From positions 64,001-128,000 of the IMG/VR virus record IMGVR_UViG_3300042197_002147: a DNA stretch of 64,000 nt. One strand, given 5' to 3'. Origin of the DNA: a virus. Every line of letters begins with the position of its first letter. Positions within the stretch are counted from its first letter, which is position 1. The position numbers and the translations under genes were made by a program. Below, piece after piece: positions 46,292 through 56,191 of this stretch. Below the pieces are notes generated by a model. The model was not told the origin of the DNA. It saw nothing but the letters and a program-made list of their open reading frames with translations, and made no database searches.

Positions 46292-48219
46292 TCCTCCTTT
46301 TTATATGCGTTCTTTTTCAAAAACTTTTTCAACATTTTAACGAATTCTTTTGGTTGTTTTGCTTCCTGCCTGTCCTCTGCGCCACCAAGAGCAGCTAAAA
46401 ATTTTCCCATGTTTAGTCTGTTTGCTGGCAATTCATCATCATCTTCTTCTGATGTTTCTCCACCGTCATCTTCGTATAGAGTTCCAGATACATTTTCTCT
46501 CTTTTTTACTATATTAGACAACAGATTATTCAATATATCTAAATGCTTTTCTGAATAATTTTTTGGTTCGTATTTTATTATTTCTGGTTTTTGTTCTTCT
46601 TCCTCATCACCTTGTCTCTTAGTTTCTGGTTCAACATCCAAATAGCGCATATAGTTTGAAATATCTGGTTTTTTTGCGTATGGTGTATAATTTTTTGCTT
46701 CTTTTAATTTTTTTGGTTTCATTGTGCTTCCTCTTTTAAATTTGTCTTTTTGACCTTTATTTGCTATGGTAAATTCTGGTGGAACAAATTTTACCTGTCC
46801 CATTCCCGGCAATTCAGAAACAATTCCTTCGTGACTGCTTCCTTCATGTGGGGTTAATGGCATTTGTTCTGATGTCACGGTATCAAATATTATTTTTCTT
46901 GCTCTATCAATATGTTCATGTGCCCTGAGTGTTTTTGACAATGCTTTTTTATTTTTTAGTCCATATTCTAAATGACTTTGCAATCTTGCTTGTTGCTTTT
47001 TATTTTTTTCTTTTGCTATTTCAGCCTGTGAAAAAGCAACAAACCCTTTAATGTTTCTCGGGTGTCTTTTTTCTTGAACTGCTTGTCCAAATCTTTTAAA
47101 ATGCAATCTTCTTGCACCAGATTTACTAGTTGGATCTTCGTGTTTTGCAATTTCATCTAAAAAAGTTGTCAAACTTTTATCAGAAAGTATTGATCTTGCT
47201 TTTTTGATATGGGATCCTAATTTAGCACTTTTAACTGGATTTATTGAAAATTTTCTTTTGTTTAAGGACAATGGAGCAAAATGGTTTTCTTCTGTGCTCA
47301 ATCCAGACAAATCTGGATTTGATCCTATTTTTTTACCAGTGTCTGTATCTATTTCTGAATGAACTGCAAATGTACTTTGTGCCTTTGGACTTGGTAATTT
47401 ATAGCGAAGCAAATTACCTTTCATTGTTCCTTCTGTGTCTCTAAGAATTGCATCTGCTTGGTATGATCTATTTGGTGCGATACCAGTATGACTTGCTGCT
47501 CTTAAAGCTGAAGTAAATGGCGTTACCAAATGTGGCTTGTTTGATTGAGAAGCATAGTCTGTTATTTCTTTTTCACTAAAGAAAGCAGGAGCATTTGCTC
47601 CTTTGTATTGAACAAAGGGTCTTCCTTGATGTTTTCCAAAAACAAGAGACACACTTCCGTCTGCTTTATAGGACAAATTATGACCTTGTACTGGCTTACC
47701 CTTCAAAAGACTATGTGTTGCGTCTAAGTGTTCCAAAGCATGACTTCCCATTCCTCTGTAGAGTAATTCACCAACATGTTCTAGATGACCTGTTGTTTCT
47801 GCTTTTGGTTTTTCTTTTTTTGTTTGCTCTTCGATGTAGGAATCTAAATCTATTCCTTGTTCATTAAAATATTCAACAATAGAGTCAAAAACTTCATATG
47901 GATCTGCTCCATATTTTTCAGATTCTTCTGCTAATAGTCCTATTCCTGTTGTTAAGTATCTTAATTGTGATTTTATTCTTGGATCTGGTATTTTATCCAA
48001 CAAAACCTTTAAGTTAACAATTAATCTGTCAAATGGTGTTATGATTCCAATTGGGTTTTTTAAATAGTTTCCTTTGGCATCTATAACACCTAAGCGAAAT
48101 GCATCCATATCAGTATATTGTGTGGTAATTGCTTTTACAAATTTATAAATGGTAAAAGAGCTGACAACTCTATTTAATTCTTTTGAAGTAATTGTTCTTC
48201 TAAATGGTTTTGGTTTCAT
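46288..48219 (-). CDS. Multi-domain protein: conserved T4-like N-domain + DUF6267-like (KxDG ligase/nucleotidyltransferase-like) domain
   Basis: AFRLGVIDAKGN N-domain; HLEH...YKADGSVSLVFG...YQAD...HEGIV...KFV; acidic tail. Confidence 0.6.
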   Translation of the reverse strand: MKPKPFRRTITSKELNRVVSSFTIYKFVKAITTQYTDMDAFRLGVIDAKGNYLKNPIGIITPFDRLIVNLKVLLDKIPDPRIKSQLRYLTTGIGLLAEESEKYGADPYEVFDSIVEYFNEQGIDLDSYIEEQTKKEKPKAETTGHLEHVGELLYRGMGSHALEHLDATHSLLKGKPVQGHNLSYKADGSVSLVFGKHQGRPFVQYKGANAPAFFSEKEITDYASQSNKPHLVTPFTSALRAASHTGIAPNRSYQADAILRDTEGTMKGNLLRYKLPSPKAQSTFAVHSEIDTDTGKKIGSNPDLSGLSTEENHFAPLSLNKRKFSINPVKSAKLGSHIKKARSILSDKSLTTFLDEIAKHEDPTSKSGARRLHFKRFGQAVQEKRHPRNIKGFVAFSQAEIAKEKNKKQQARLQSHLEYGLKNKKALSKTLRAHEHIDRARKIIFDTVTSEQMPLTPHEGSSHEGIVSELPGMGQVKFVPPEFTIANKGQKDKFKRGSTMKPKKLKEAKNYTPYAKKPDISNYMRYLDVEPETKRQGDEEEEQKPEIIKYEPKNYSEKHLDILNNLLSNIVKKRENVSGTLYEDDGGETSEEDDDELPANRLNMGKFLAALGGAEDRQEAKQPKEFVKMLKKFLKKNAYKKED

Positions 48220-48593
48220 CTGATTTCACTCAATATTTTGTCTATCCTGTGGTCTGTCTGAATTAAACTGATGTTTACTTCTGGTATTGATTTTGGTAAA
48301 TAGTTTAAATAGTTCAAGAATGATTTTAGTTGTGGATGTAGGTCTTTTCCTAACTTAAAAAACAAAATCCTACAACAAGCTTCTGCTCCAAAAACATTTT
48401 GTAAGATTATTATGTGATTTAAGATTAATCTTTCTTTTAATTCTCCACCTTTTCTGAATCGCAGTAGTAATCTTTTCACATATTTAATTTTACTTAAATC
48501 TTCATAAAATTCATCTATACCACCTGAACTCGGATTGGAATACATTTTAGTAGCAAATAATAAAAAATTATCAGAGTTCAATGCATTTTTCAT
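48216..48593 (-). CDS. Conserved T4-like hypothetical protein
   Basis: NFLLFATKMYSNP...EFYEDL..IKYVKRL...ERLILNHIIIL.NVFG. Confidence 0.75.
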   Translation of the reverse strand: MKNALNSDNFLLFATKMYSNPSSGGIDEFYEDLSKIKYVKRLLLRFRKGGELKERLILNHIIILQNVFGAEACCRILFFKLGKDLHPQLKSFLNYLNYLPKSIPEVNISLIQTDHRIDKILSEIR

Positions 48594-48619
48594 AATTTAA
48601 ATAACACTTTTATTTTTAT

Positions 48620-49474
48620 TCAATCAATGTGACTTTTAAAATTTCTAACCAAATCGGTGACTACCCTTGACTTTTCTTTTTGTGTCAGAGATATTTTTTT
48701 ATCTCCAGAGTTCATTTTTCGCATTGCTGTGTTTACGACAAAATATAATTCTTTTCTTGCATCGTCTAAACTCAATTTACCTTTTTTCTTTTTTTGCTTC
48801 AAATGATTATAAACTGGCATAAGAACTTTATTTTTTACTTCATTATTACGCATGATAAAATGCATGACTGATCTTGCTGGATCTTTTTCCTCTTGGAGAT
48901 GATCTACACTTTCATCTAATTTAGCAATTTTTTTTGCTTTTTCTTTTGTCGAAAGTGATCTTTTCTTTTCTGGTTCTTTAACCATGGCTTCTTGAACTGG
49001 TGCTGGTGCCATTTTTGACAACTTACCAGACATTGAGTACAAGCAAGTTCCTTCGTTGTATTCTACATTGACAACCAAAGCGAGTTTTGGTAAGTCTTCT
49101 CCTCTATTGAATCCCTTTGAGAGATCAGTTGTTGGAGTTGTTCCGAATGCACCTCCATGTAGTTCAACTGGAAATACATTTTGCCCCGGATTTAGTGGAG
49201 TTTTCATGTTAAACTTAAAATCTAAACCAGCGTGATTTAGTCTAGTTCTTAGTTCTACGAGAGCGGCGGCCGCTTCTTCCTGCATATACTCACCGGCCAG
49301 GAATTTATGAATAAACGCATTTATTCTGGAAATTGAACCACCTTCTCCTATACGGTGAATACCAAAATCGTTAAAAGCGGTTCTGTTTGGATACTCAGAG
49401 AAACCATTAAATACAGAACCACCTACTGCGTAACTTTCTGCTAGTTTAGATAATATTTGTTTGAACTTTTTCAT
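48620..49474 (-). CDS. Putative internal head protein
   Basis: MKKFKQILSKLAE|S leader; late promoter at 49492-99; AGGAG RBS. Confidence 0.6.
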   Translation of the reverse strand: MKKFKQILSKLAESYAVGGSVFNGFSEYPNRTAFNDFGIHRIGEGGSISRINAFIHKFLAGEYMQEEAAAALVELRTRLNHAGLDFKFNMKTPLNPGQNVFPVELHGGAFGTTPTTDLSKGFNRGEDLPKLALVVNVEYNEGTCLYSMSGKLSKMAPAPVQEAMVKEPEKKRSLSTKEKAKKIAKLDESVDHLQEEKDPARSVMHFIMRNNEVKNKVLMPVYNHLKQKKKKGKLSLDDARKELYFVVNTAMRKMNSGDKKISLTQKEKSRVVTDLVRNFKSHID

Positions 49475-49491
49475 TTTTTCTCCTGCTATTC

Positions 49492-49499
49492 TATTTATA
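49492..49499 (-). promoter_or_regulatory. T4-type late promoter
   Basis: TATAAATA on the - strand upstream of ATG 49474. Confidence 0.65.
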
Positions 49500-49500
49500 A

Positions 49501-51510
49501 TTACTTTTTCTTCTTCCCGCCTCTAGCGCGAAGGGTTAAAAATGTGGCAATTCTGTGTTTTGATTCTTCTTCTGTGTCACCTTTTATTGGTTTTGCCTTT
49601 ACTTTTTTTGCAGTTCTATCTCTTTTTCTTATTTCTCCCTTTGTCATCGTGCCAGCATTTGATGAATTTACTATTTCTTCTTGTACAAATTCTTCATTTG
49701 CCATTTTTTTGGCATCTCTGGTTGCGATTGCATAAATTATATTTTTTGCTCTTGGACCATATCTTAATTTGAATTTACCTATGTGTTTTTTAAGTTCCTT
49801 CACTCTTTGCTCTTTTGCTGCTGTTTCTTCTGGAGACAAAACTTTTTCTGCTAGTCTTCTTCTTTTAAACATTTTTATAGCGTCTTTTACAGATTTAGAT
49901 GATTTTGGTGTTGGTGTTATAACATCAGGTAATGCCATCATTTTTGTATTAAAGTGCATTATTGGGTCATATCCTGCTAAGTTTGGATTTACCTCATCTC
50001 CAACCTGTCCTGTTGCAAAATTTCCACCCATAGACATTACTTCACCCAACATTGCTTTGTTGCAATCTTGACATGCCTCTTCGCATCTGCATCCCCAAAC
50101 GCGAAGTGCTGCGTTTATTTTACTCTTTGGATCTCTTGCAGTTTTTGCGCTTGTTCTCTTTCTTTTCATTCCACACATTCTTCCACAAAAAGACTTTCTT
50201 CTTTTTTGTGTTTTTCCTGAAAGTTTGCTAAAACCGCCCTTCTTCTTTGCTTCATCTTTTGTTTCGATTCCGGCATGAATTCCTTGGCGTCTTGCTTCTG
50301 CTCTGGAAAGACCACCCTCTGGATGGTTTTTACCTTTTTTAAATCCTTTATATGGTTTTGCAGATTTTTTTGCTTCCATTATCACTGATATCATGTCTTT
50401 TATAATTGATTCTTTCATGTGTTTTCCTCTAAAAGTTACTAATCTTCTTAATGTTTCTGTATGTTCTGGTTTTAAATCGGAATATCTCCCTACATGAAGT
50501 CCAGTTATTGAACTTATTGGATTTTGCACTGGACTTCCATGTTTTGCTGGTGATCCACCCGCACCAACAGGGTGACCAGTTAGCATCTTTCCTTTTCTAT
50601 CTATTCCTGTTATTCTCATACCTTGGGCGTGTTGCTCACTGCCTTTTAGCATAACTCTCGCTACAACTGGAATATTTCTTCCATATTCCTTTGATAATTT
50701 TTCAGCATATGCGAGTGCTCCATGAATACGGTCGTGTGTATCCATGTCTGCTATATCTCCTCTGTGAATTTTGTCTAATAGTCTTTTTCTGTAATTTTCT
50801 TGAGATTCTTCTCTTCTTTGGGCCATTTCACGAATGAATCTCTTGGTTTTTATATTTTCAACTGCCTCTTTTACCGATTTCCAACCACCGCCCTTACTCT
50901 TATACCACTTAGCAGCCCATCCATTTGCATATGCAGATGGATAAACATCAAATTTTGATTTTGCTGCCGCTTTTGCTCTTGCCCACAATTCTGGATTTGT
51001 TGGTTTATTTTTCTCGAATAGTTGTTGAACAGATTCGGATATTTTTCCTTTTCCAAAATTGGAAACATTTACAGGTTTTCCACCTTTTCCCTTGCGATTT
51101 GCTACGGGATCATGCTTTCTTTTTGCCGCCACAGCCGCAGCCCGTTCCTTTTTTGTCAGTTGGCTTCTTTTCTTGTTTGACATACATTTTGGTTTGGGTT
51201 CCCCCGGTTTTCTCGCGCATGGTCCTACCGCCTCTCCCTTTGAGTTGATTCTTTTCCATCCACCATCCGGGTGTTTTGGATTGAACCAATTTCTTAAATC
51301 TTCTTTCATTTCTACTTTTTTCAGTCTAGAGTAATAATCTGGTAATTCACCAAGATGATGTAATGCAATCATTTTGGCGATATTTGCTTTGGTGGTGTGT
51401 TCCTTTTCTATTTTTTTACCCATTGCAAGTTGTTTCATTATTGTTTCTAATGACACATCGTGTTTCTTTGCAATGTTTTTTGGCGATTCTGGTTTTTTAA
51501 AGTTTTTCAT
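49501..51510 (-). CDS. Basic multi-module polyprotein (DUF5661-, DUF5872- and DUF6321-like modules)
   Basis: EKEHT...IALHHLGELPDYYSRL; PSAYANGWAAKWYKSKGGGW; RRKSFCGRM...ALRVWGC; modules separated by (L/I/M/V)xE linkers. Confidence 0.7.
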   Translation of the reverse strand: MKNFKKPESPKNIAKKHDVSLETIMKQLAMGKKIEKEHTTKANIAKMIALHHLGELPDYYSRLKKVEMKEDLRNWFNPKHPDGGWKRINSKGEAVGPCARKPGEPKPKCMSNKKRSQLTKKERAAAVAAKRKHDPVANRKGKGGKPVNVSNFGKGKISESVQQLFEKNKPTNPELWARAKAAAKSKFDVYPSAYANGWAAKWYKSKGGGWKSVKEAVENIKTKRFIREMAQRREESQENYRKRLLDKIHRGDIADMDTHDRIHGALAYAEKLSKEYGRNIPVVARVMLKGSEQHAQGMRITGIDRKGKMLTGHPVGAGGSPAKHGSPVQNPISSITGLHVGRYSDLKPEHTETLRRLVTFRGKHMKESIIKDMISVIMEAKKSAKPYKGFKKGKNHPEGGLSRAEARRQGIHAGIETKDEAKKKGGFSKLSGKTQKRRKSFCGRMCGMKRKRTSAKTARDPKSKINAALRVWGCRCEEACQDCNKAMLGEVMSMGGNFATGQVGDEVNPNLAGYDPIMHFNTKMMALPDVITPTPKSSKSVKDAIKMFKRRRLAEKVLSPEETAAKEQRVKELKKHIGKFKLRYGPRAKNIIYAIATRDAKKMANEEFVQEEIVNSSNAGTMTKGEIRKRDRTAKKVKAKPIKGDTEEESKHRIATFLTLRARGGKKKK

Positions 51511-52139
51511 TTTTCCCTCGACTGTTCATCAAGATAAACTTCTATTTGATTTCTTGCGTTTGTTATTTCTTTAGCATATTTTTCTGGATCAGACATGACA
51601 TTTTTTGCTTTTTGAGGACTGCACCACTGAGACATAATATAACCACAAATCATGTTTTTGTGGTGTATTGGAAGAACGCAGTAGCAATGAATGTTTGCAG
51701 ATTCAAACGAGTGTTTTCCAAAACTATCTTTTTGATTTTTTACCAAACATGGCAGTGGGGAATTTTTTGTTACATCTTCAATAAGTGGAGTAAATAGAGA
51801 TATCAAGAGATTGTTTATTTTGTCTCCTTGTGCAGACACACCCTTTGACACGGATTCATGTGTGCAAGACATTTTTCTCATTGAAACTCCATCCATAAAA
51901 TACTCTCCATTGTGGAACTGAACCAGTTGAACTCTTGCAGCATCCGTCAAAACTCTTAATTCTGTCAGACATTCATGAATGTTTCCATGAACACTCCAAA
52001 TGTCTGTTATGAATTTTTTGTTTTTTATTTTGATGTTTGTTAAAAATTTATAAACAAATGCTCCAAAAACAGCAAACAAGGCAATTCCCAATTCAATCCA
52101 GTAATTAAAACTTACTTCTGGTAACGGATCTGACATCAA
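51507..52139 (-). CDS. Single-TM protein with GAF-like domain (T4 holin T-like architecture)
   Basis: N-terminal TM (ELGIALFAVFGAFVY), then LTELR...RVQLVQFHNG...SCTHE...LPI...CGYI. Confidence 0.55.
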   Translation of the reverse strand: MMSDPLPEVSFNYWIELGIALFAVFGAFVYKFLTNIKIKNKKFITDIWSVHGNIHECLTELRVLTDAARVQLVQFHNGEYFMDGVSMRKMSCTHESVSKGVSAQGDKINNLLISLFTPLIEDVTKNSPLPCLVKNQKDSFGKHSFESANIHCYCVLPIHHKNMICGYIMSQWCSPQKAKNVMSDPEKYAKEITNARNQIEVYLDEQSREK

Positions 52140-52143
52140 ATTC

Positions 52144-55062
52144 TCACTTCTTAGACCTGTTATGACTCTTGCTTACAACTCTAAGATTTTTCATTGAGTT
52201 GTTGTTTGGATTGCCGTCTTTGTGGTCAACATCTCGGCCATCTCCCTTACGAATACGCCCCAAGCGTTTCATAAGACGGTTTACTTTGTTTCTTTTTGCT
52301 CTATTCTTTTTTTGTTTTTCTGTTCCTTGATAATTATCATATTCTTTTCTGTAATTTCTTTTCTCTGCTACAAAGTTTTTTGCAAAGGAAATATAGAACT
52401 CTTGTAAATTCTTTTCTACTGGAATTTCGTGTTCTGTATTTCCAATTTTTACTGTGTTGTAGAAACCAGATTCTACTTTACCAAATTGAGTAAAGTCTAT
52501 GTCTTGTGTGGAAATCATTTCTGGTTCAAGTTCTAAAAATTGCATCAAAGAGTAAATGTCTCCACCTATTTCATTTTGAATTCCGTCCAGTAATTGTGAT
52601 GTTTCTATGGAACTTATTACATTTTCTGTTATTAAACCAGACAACACTGGATTATGAGAAAATGATTCCTTTGCTATTTTCTTGGGATTCAGAACCATTG
52701 ATATTACACTCCAGTATGAGTAAACTTTTCTTCCGGTTTTTCTTCTTATTGCTTCTGCTTCAGATGATTTAACAGAACTGCTCTTAAATCTTATGACAAA
52801 ATTTAAAGCATCTGCAACTTTATCTGCATACTCTGGTGTTATTTGTGATAATGATGTTTCTGTTCCATCCTTGTTCAATGAAAGAACATACTGAGCAACA
52901 GCGGGACTAATTTTTTTCGGATTTCCTGTATCGAATTTTGCCATTCCGGTAAGTGCTTCAAATACAAATGCTTTTCGGAAATCTTTACTTTGAACGAGTA
53001 GATCTTGTAATTCTTTTCTTGCTTCTTTGTGTAGTTTGTCATATTTAATAATTTCTTTGTCTTGTCCTTCCAATTCACCACCAGTAAGGAAATCCGTTAT
53101 GTCTCCTCCTGCGGTTCTTCTTGGAGAATTGATCAAATTCTTTAATGATTTAATTAGCGATTCTGCTCTTTTCTTTATTTTTGGTTCTAATTTTTTCTTA
53201 TCCATTCCTTCAAGAGCAGCATAAATTGTTGCGGTTGCCTCGCCTCCTGCTTTACCGGACATCAACTGAGATGGTCCGCATTTTACGGAGACACCGACAA
53301 CTTGACCAGAGTTCATGTCTCTGAACAATATGTCAGACTTTGGAGTATTATCAACTCCTCCATAGTTGGTCCAGAACTTACTTAATTTTTCTGATTTATT
53401 TGCACCATAATGAATTGCAGCAAAATTTGCTCCGGGATAACTTGTAGAGAGTTGTTCTGAAATTGCTTGTAAAGTTCTTTGGGAAGATTCACCCAAAGTT
53501 GTGCTATTTGCCAAATATTCTGCTGCTTCCGGGGAAATAAGTCCCTCTTTGACTTGTTTTTCTAGAGGAATGCCCATTGCCTCGTTGAATGCGGCAACAA
53601 CACCGAATTCCATGTCAACCGCGGCGTGATCTGAGTCTGGGTAAGTAGATTTACCAGTAGATCTTGTTGGTGGTGGTTTTTGTGGAACCATTGCTGCCTG
53701 AACGGCTTGATCTTTTTGCGTTTCTTGTGCTTCTGCTTTTTTATTTCTTTTTTCTTTTCCAGAATCAGCACCTTCTACTTTACCGAACAACTCAATAGAT
53801 GTTGGTGTGTTTACAAAGTCTTCATCCTGTAAAATTTGCTCTGCTGCACTTTGTGTCATCTTGTCTGGTGGGACCAATATTCTATGGTTTGCTTGCAGAG
53901 ATGTTTTTCTTATTATCATTTTGTTTTCATCATCATCCTGAACAATCAAAACTTGACCAGAGAAAGGATTTGATTGTCTAACTGCATCATCTTTTGCTCT
54001 TTGTTTTCTTTTTCTTGCATTTTGATCTCTTCTTTTTTCTTGTTGAGATTTTTGTTCAATTAACATTTTAAAAGCATGAAAAAGTGGACTTTCTCTAAGT
54101 GGTGTTTTTCTGTTCATTTGTGCAAGTCTTTTTGATTCACCAGAAACGACTTTCGGTAAAATTTGTTTTACCATTCTTGTTAGGATTGGTCTTCTTTTGT
54201 TTATTGCTGTGTCGATTCTTGCTCTTTGAGCATATGATAACTTTTTCCAATTTCCCTTAAACAGTCTTTTTCTGAGAGTTGTTTTTATTTGACTTGTTGC
54301 TCTTTTCTTGAGTTGTTTGATATTTCTTCTTCTCTTTTTTCTTAACTTTCTCAGAAATGCTCTTCTTTTTGCTGTTCTTCTTGCAGACCTTGCAAGTTTC
54401 ATTCTTCCCTGTGCCGAAACAGTTTCAGTCAAAACTTCTTGATTGTTTGCAAATTCTTGAATTTCTTCAAATGTAAATGAAGGAAGAGAAACATAATCTT
54501 CCTTAAGTTTCATTCCTTTTCTTACATCTTTGAATAATTTTGTTGCTTGTGTTTTTGTGACATGACCGGGTAATCCCATCCTAAATGCCTCAAAATTTCC
54601 CTCAGCAGCAGCTTTTCTTTGCTTTGTTGCAGACATTCCAGCAAGACCTTTTGCTTGCTCTCCTCTTTCTCCTCCAGCAGTTACTACCTTAAAATTTTTG
54701 AATTTGAAATCACCTTTTTTCTGGTAGTGCGGAACTTTATCGAATATAGATTCTCTGTCAGAACCAGTGACTACTGTAACATCTTCATATCCTTGATCAC
54801 TAACATGTTTTAAAGCATGAAATGGTGATATGATATCATCCGAAACATGAACATTCGGTGTCCCAAGAACAGATGCCATGTGCTTTGCTTTTGTTTTTGG
54901 ATCTAATGGATTTTTCTTTGGATCTTGACTTCTGCTACCATAAATTCTGTGTTCAGAACCAGTTTGTGAAGCTAATTCCATAACTTTCTGAGCAAGCAGA
55001 TGATGACCAGATGTTGGTGGGTTGAATCTTCCAAATGTTATTACAATTGATTTTTTTGCCAT
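52144..55062 (-). CDS. Polyprotein: HxGH nucleotidyltransferase + basic linker + PD-(D/E)xK-like nuclease + C-terminal HNH
   Basis: FGRFNPPTSGH, GSDR, MSATKQR; TPKSDIL...VSVK..SQLMSG; DVDHKDGNPNNN..NLRVVSKSHNR. Confidence 0.75.
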   Translation of the reverse strand: MAKKSIVITFGRFNPPTSGHHLLAQKVMELASQTGSEHRIYGSRSQDPKKNPLDPKTKAKHMASVLGTPNVHVSDDIISPFHALKHVSDQGYEDVTVVTGSDRESIFDKVPHYQKKGDFKFKNFKVVTAGGERGEQAKGLAGMSATKQRKAAAEGNFEAFRMGLPGHVTKTQATKLFKDVRKGMKLKEDYVSLPSFTFEEIQEFANNQEVLTETVSAQGRMKLARSARRTAKRRAFLRKLRKKRRRNIKQLKKRATSQIKTTLRKRLFKGNWKKLSYAQRARIDTAINKRRPILTRMVKQILPKVVSGESKRLAQMNRKTPLRESPLFHAFKMLIEQKSQQEKRRDQNARKRKQRAKDDAVRQSNPFSGQVLIVQDDDENKMIIRKTSLQANHRILVPPDKMTQSAAEQILQDEDFVNTPTSIELFGKVEGADSGKEKRNKKAEAQETQKDQAVQAAMVPQKPPPTRSTGKSTYPDSDHAAVDMEFGVVAAFNEAMGIPLEKQVKEGLISPEAAEYLANSTTLGESSQRTLQAISEQLSTSYPGANFAAIHYGANKSEKLSKFWTNYGGVDNTPKSDILFRDMNSGQVVGVSVKCGPSQLMSGKAGGEATATIYAALEGMDKKKLEPKIKKRAESLIKSLKNLINSPRRTAGGDITDFLTGGELEGQDKEIIKYDKLHKEARKELQDLLVQSKDFRKAFVFEALTGMAKFDTGNPKKISPAVAQYVLSLNKDGTETSLSQITPEYADKVADALNFVIRFKSSSVKSSEAEAIRRKTGRKVYSYWSVISMVLNPKKIAKESFSHNPVLSGLITENVISSIETSQLLDGIQNEIGGDIYSLMQFLELEPEMISTQDIDFTQFGKVESGFYNTVKIGNTEHEIPVEKNLQEFYISFAKNFVAEKRNYRKEYDNYQGTEKQKKNRAKRNKVNRLMKRLGRIRKGDGRDVDHKDGNPNNNSMKNLRVVSKSHNRSKK

Positions 55063-55080
55063 ATTCACATTCCTGTATCA

Positions 55081-55088
55081 TATTTATA
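55081..55088 (-). promoter_or_regulatory. T4-type late promoter
   Basis: TATAAATA on the - strand upstream of the polyprotein. Confidence 0.7.
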
Positions 55089-55092
55089 AATG

Positions 55093-55121
55093 AAAAAAAC
55101 CGGAAAACATCCGGTTCTTTT
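55093..55121 (-). terminator. Intrinsic terminator
   Basis: AACCGGA-AAACA-TCCGGTT hairpin with U-tract on the - strand. Confidence 0.75.
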
Positions 55122-55142
55122 GGTAAATGTGCCTTTTATCTT

Positions 55143-55523
55143 TTATTCTTCTATTATTAGGTCTTCGAACACTTCACCGACATAAGTATGTCCTTTATAT
55201 GATTTTCTTTTTCCATTGATAACTTCATACATTGCTGCTCTGGAATAATCATTTTTTCTGCAAAAATCAGTCATATTGTGAACTTTGACCGTTGCATTTT
55301 CTTTCAAAAAGACAAAGAATTTGGTATTTGGAACTACTGTTTTTTTCTTTTCTATTGGTTTTTGCACTTCTTGCCAAGTCCAATGTCTTTGCTTAACAAA
55401 TTCTCCACCAAAATCATTTATAAATTGCTGTCTCCATATTGAGGATCTTGCATCATCATTACAAGCGACCCATGTTGGTGTGTTTACTCTATTTACATGC
55501 TCTTTGATAAGATTTTTTCTCAT
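55143..55523 (-). CDS. Hypothetical protein with NUMOD-like DNA-binding motif
   Basis: NMTDFCRKN...AMYEVINGKRKSYKGH. Confidence 0.6.
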   Translation of the reverse strand: MRKNLIKEHVNRVNTPTWVACNDDARSSIWRQQFINDFGGEFVKQRHWTWQEVQKPIEKKKTVVPNTKFFVFLKENATVKVHNMTDFCRKNDYSRAAMYEVINGKRKSYKGHTYVGEVFEDLIIEE

Positions 55524-56185
55524 TTTGTTTCCCTTTCATATAAATCAATTGCATCTTTTAAATTAGAAACATAATTTATTACAGGTTCTTCAAATATCTG
55601 AAGTATTCCATCCTCCGATGCTATTAATATTTTCAATTTTTTAATTTTTTCACCAGTCATTTCTTGCCACATTAAAGAATATGCAGTTGCTTGTAAAAAA
55701 TAATTGTCAATATCTTCTTTTCTTTTTGGTCGTGTGCTTCCCTTAAAATCAATAATAGATAATTCTCTATCGTGTTCCGCAATGCAGTCAACTCTTCCGG
55801 CTAATCCTAAAGTTTTGCTCCAGAGAGGTGTCTCTATGCATCTTATGTTGTTTATTTTATCTACTTCTGGTTTTATTGTAAGAAATAGATCTTTTAAATT
55901 ATCATCAAAACCAGATCCATTTAAATCTATTTTTACATTTAAGAGATAGGTTTCAACAAGAGAATGTAATTTTGTTCCGCGAGAGCAAACTCTTGCAGAC
56001 TCTTCTGGATTATTTTTTCTCCACTCAGCAAAGAATTTTCTTTTTGACCACCCTGTTACTGTTGTAACTGAGGGAAAATTTCCATCGGGAGTGTTATAGT
56101 ATCTTTTACCGGATACTTCTTTGCTTTCGATATCTAGAGATGGAATTATTGGTTCTAAATGTTTAAAATTACCACAAACAATCAT
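55520..56185 (-). CDS. PD-(D/E)xK exonuclease (Cas4-like/exonuclease A of T4-like phages)
   Basis: FPSVTTV, RGTKLH, AGRVDCIA...IIDFK, YFLQATAY. Confidence 0.88.
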   Translation of the reverse strand: MIVCGNFKHLEPIIPSLDIESKEVSGKRYYNTPDGNFPSVTTVTGWSKRKFFAEWRKNNPEESARVCSRGTKLHSLVETYLLNVKIDLNGSGFDDNLKDLFLTIKPEVDKINNIRCIETPLWSKTLGLAGRVDCIAEHDRELSIIDFKGSTRPKRKEDIDNYFLQATAYSLMWQEMTGEKIKKLKILIASEDGILQIFEEPVINYVSNLKDAIDLYERETK

Positions 56186-56191
56186 TGTTAA

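Noticed and set aside
55520-56185. Cas4 as part of a CRISPR system
   Set aside because: Stand-alone PD-(D/E)xK exonuclease common in T4-like phages; no Fe-S cysteine set, array or other cas genes
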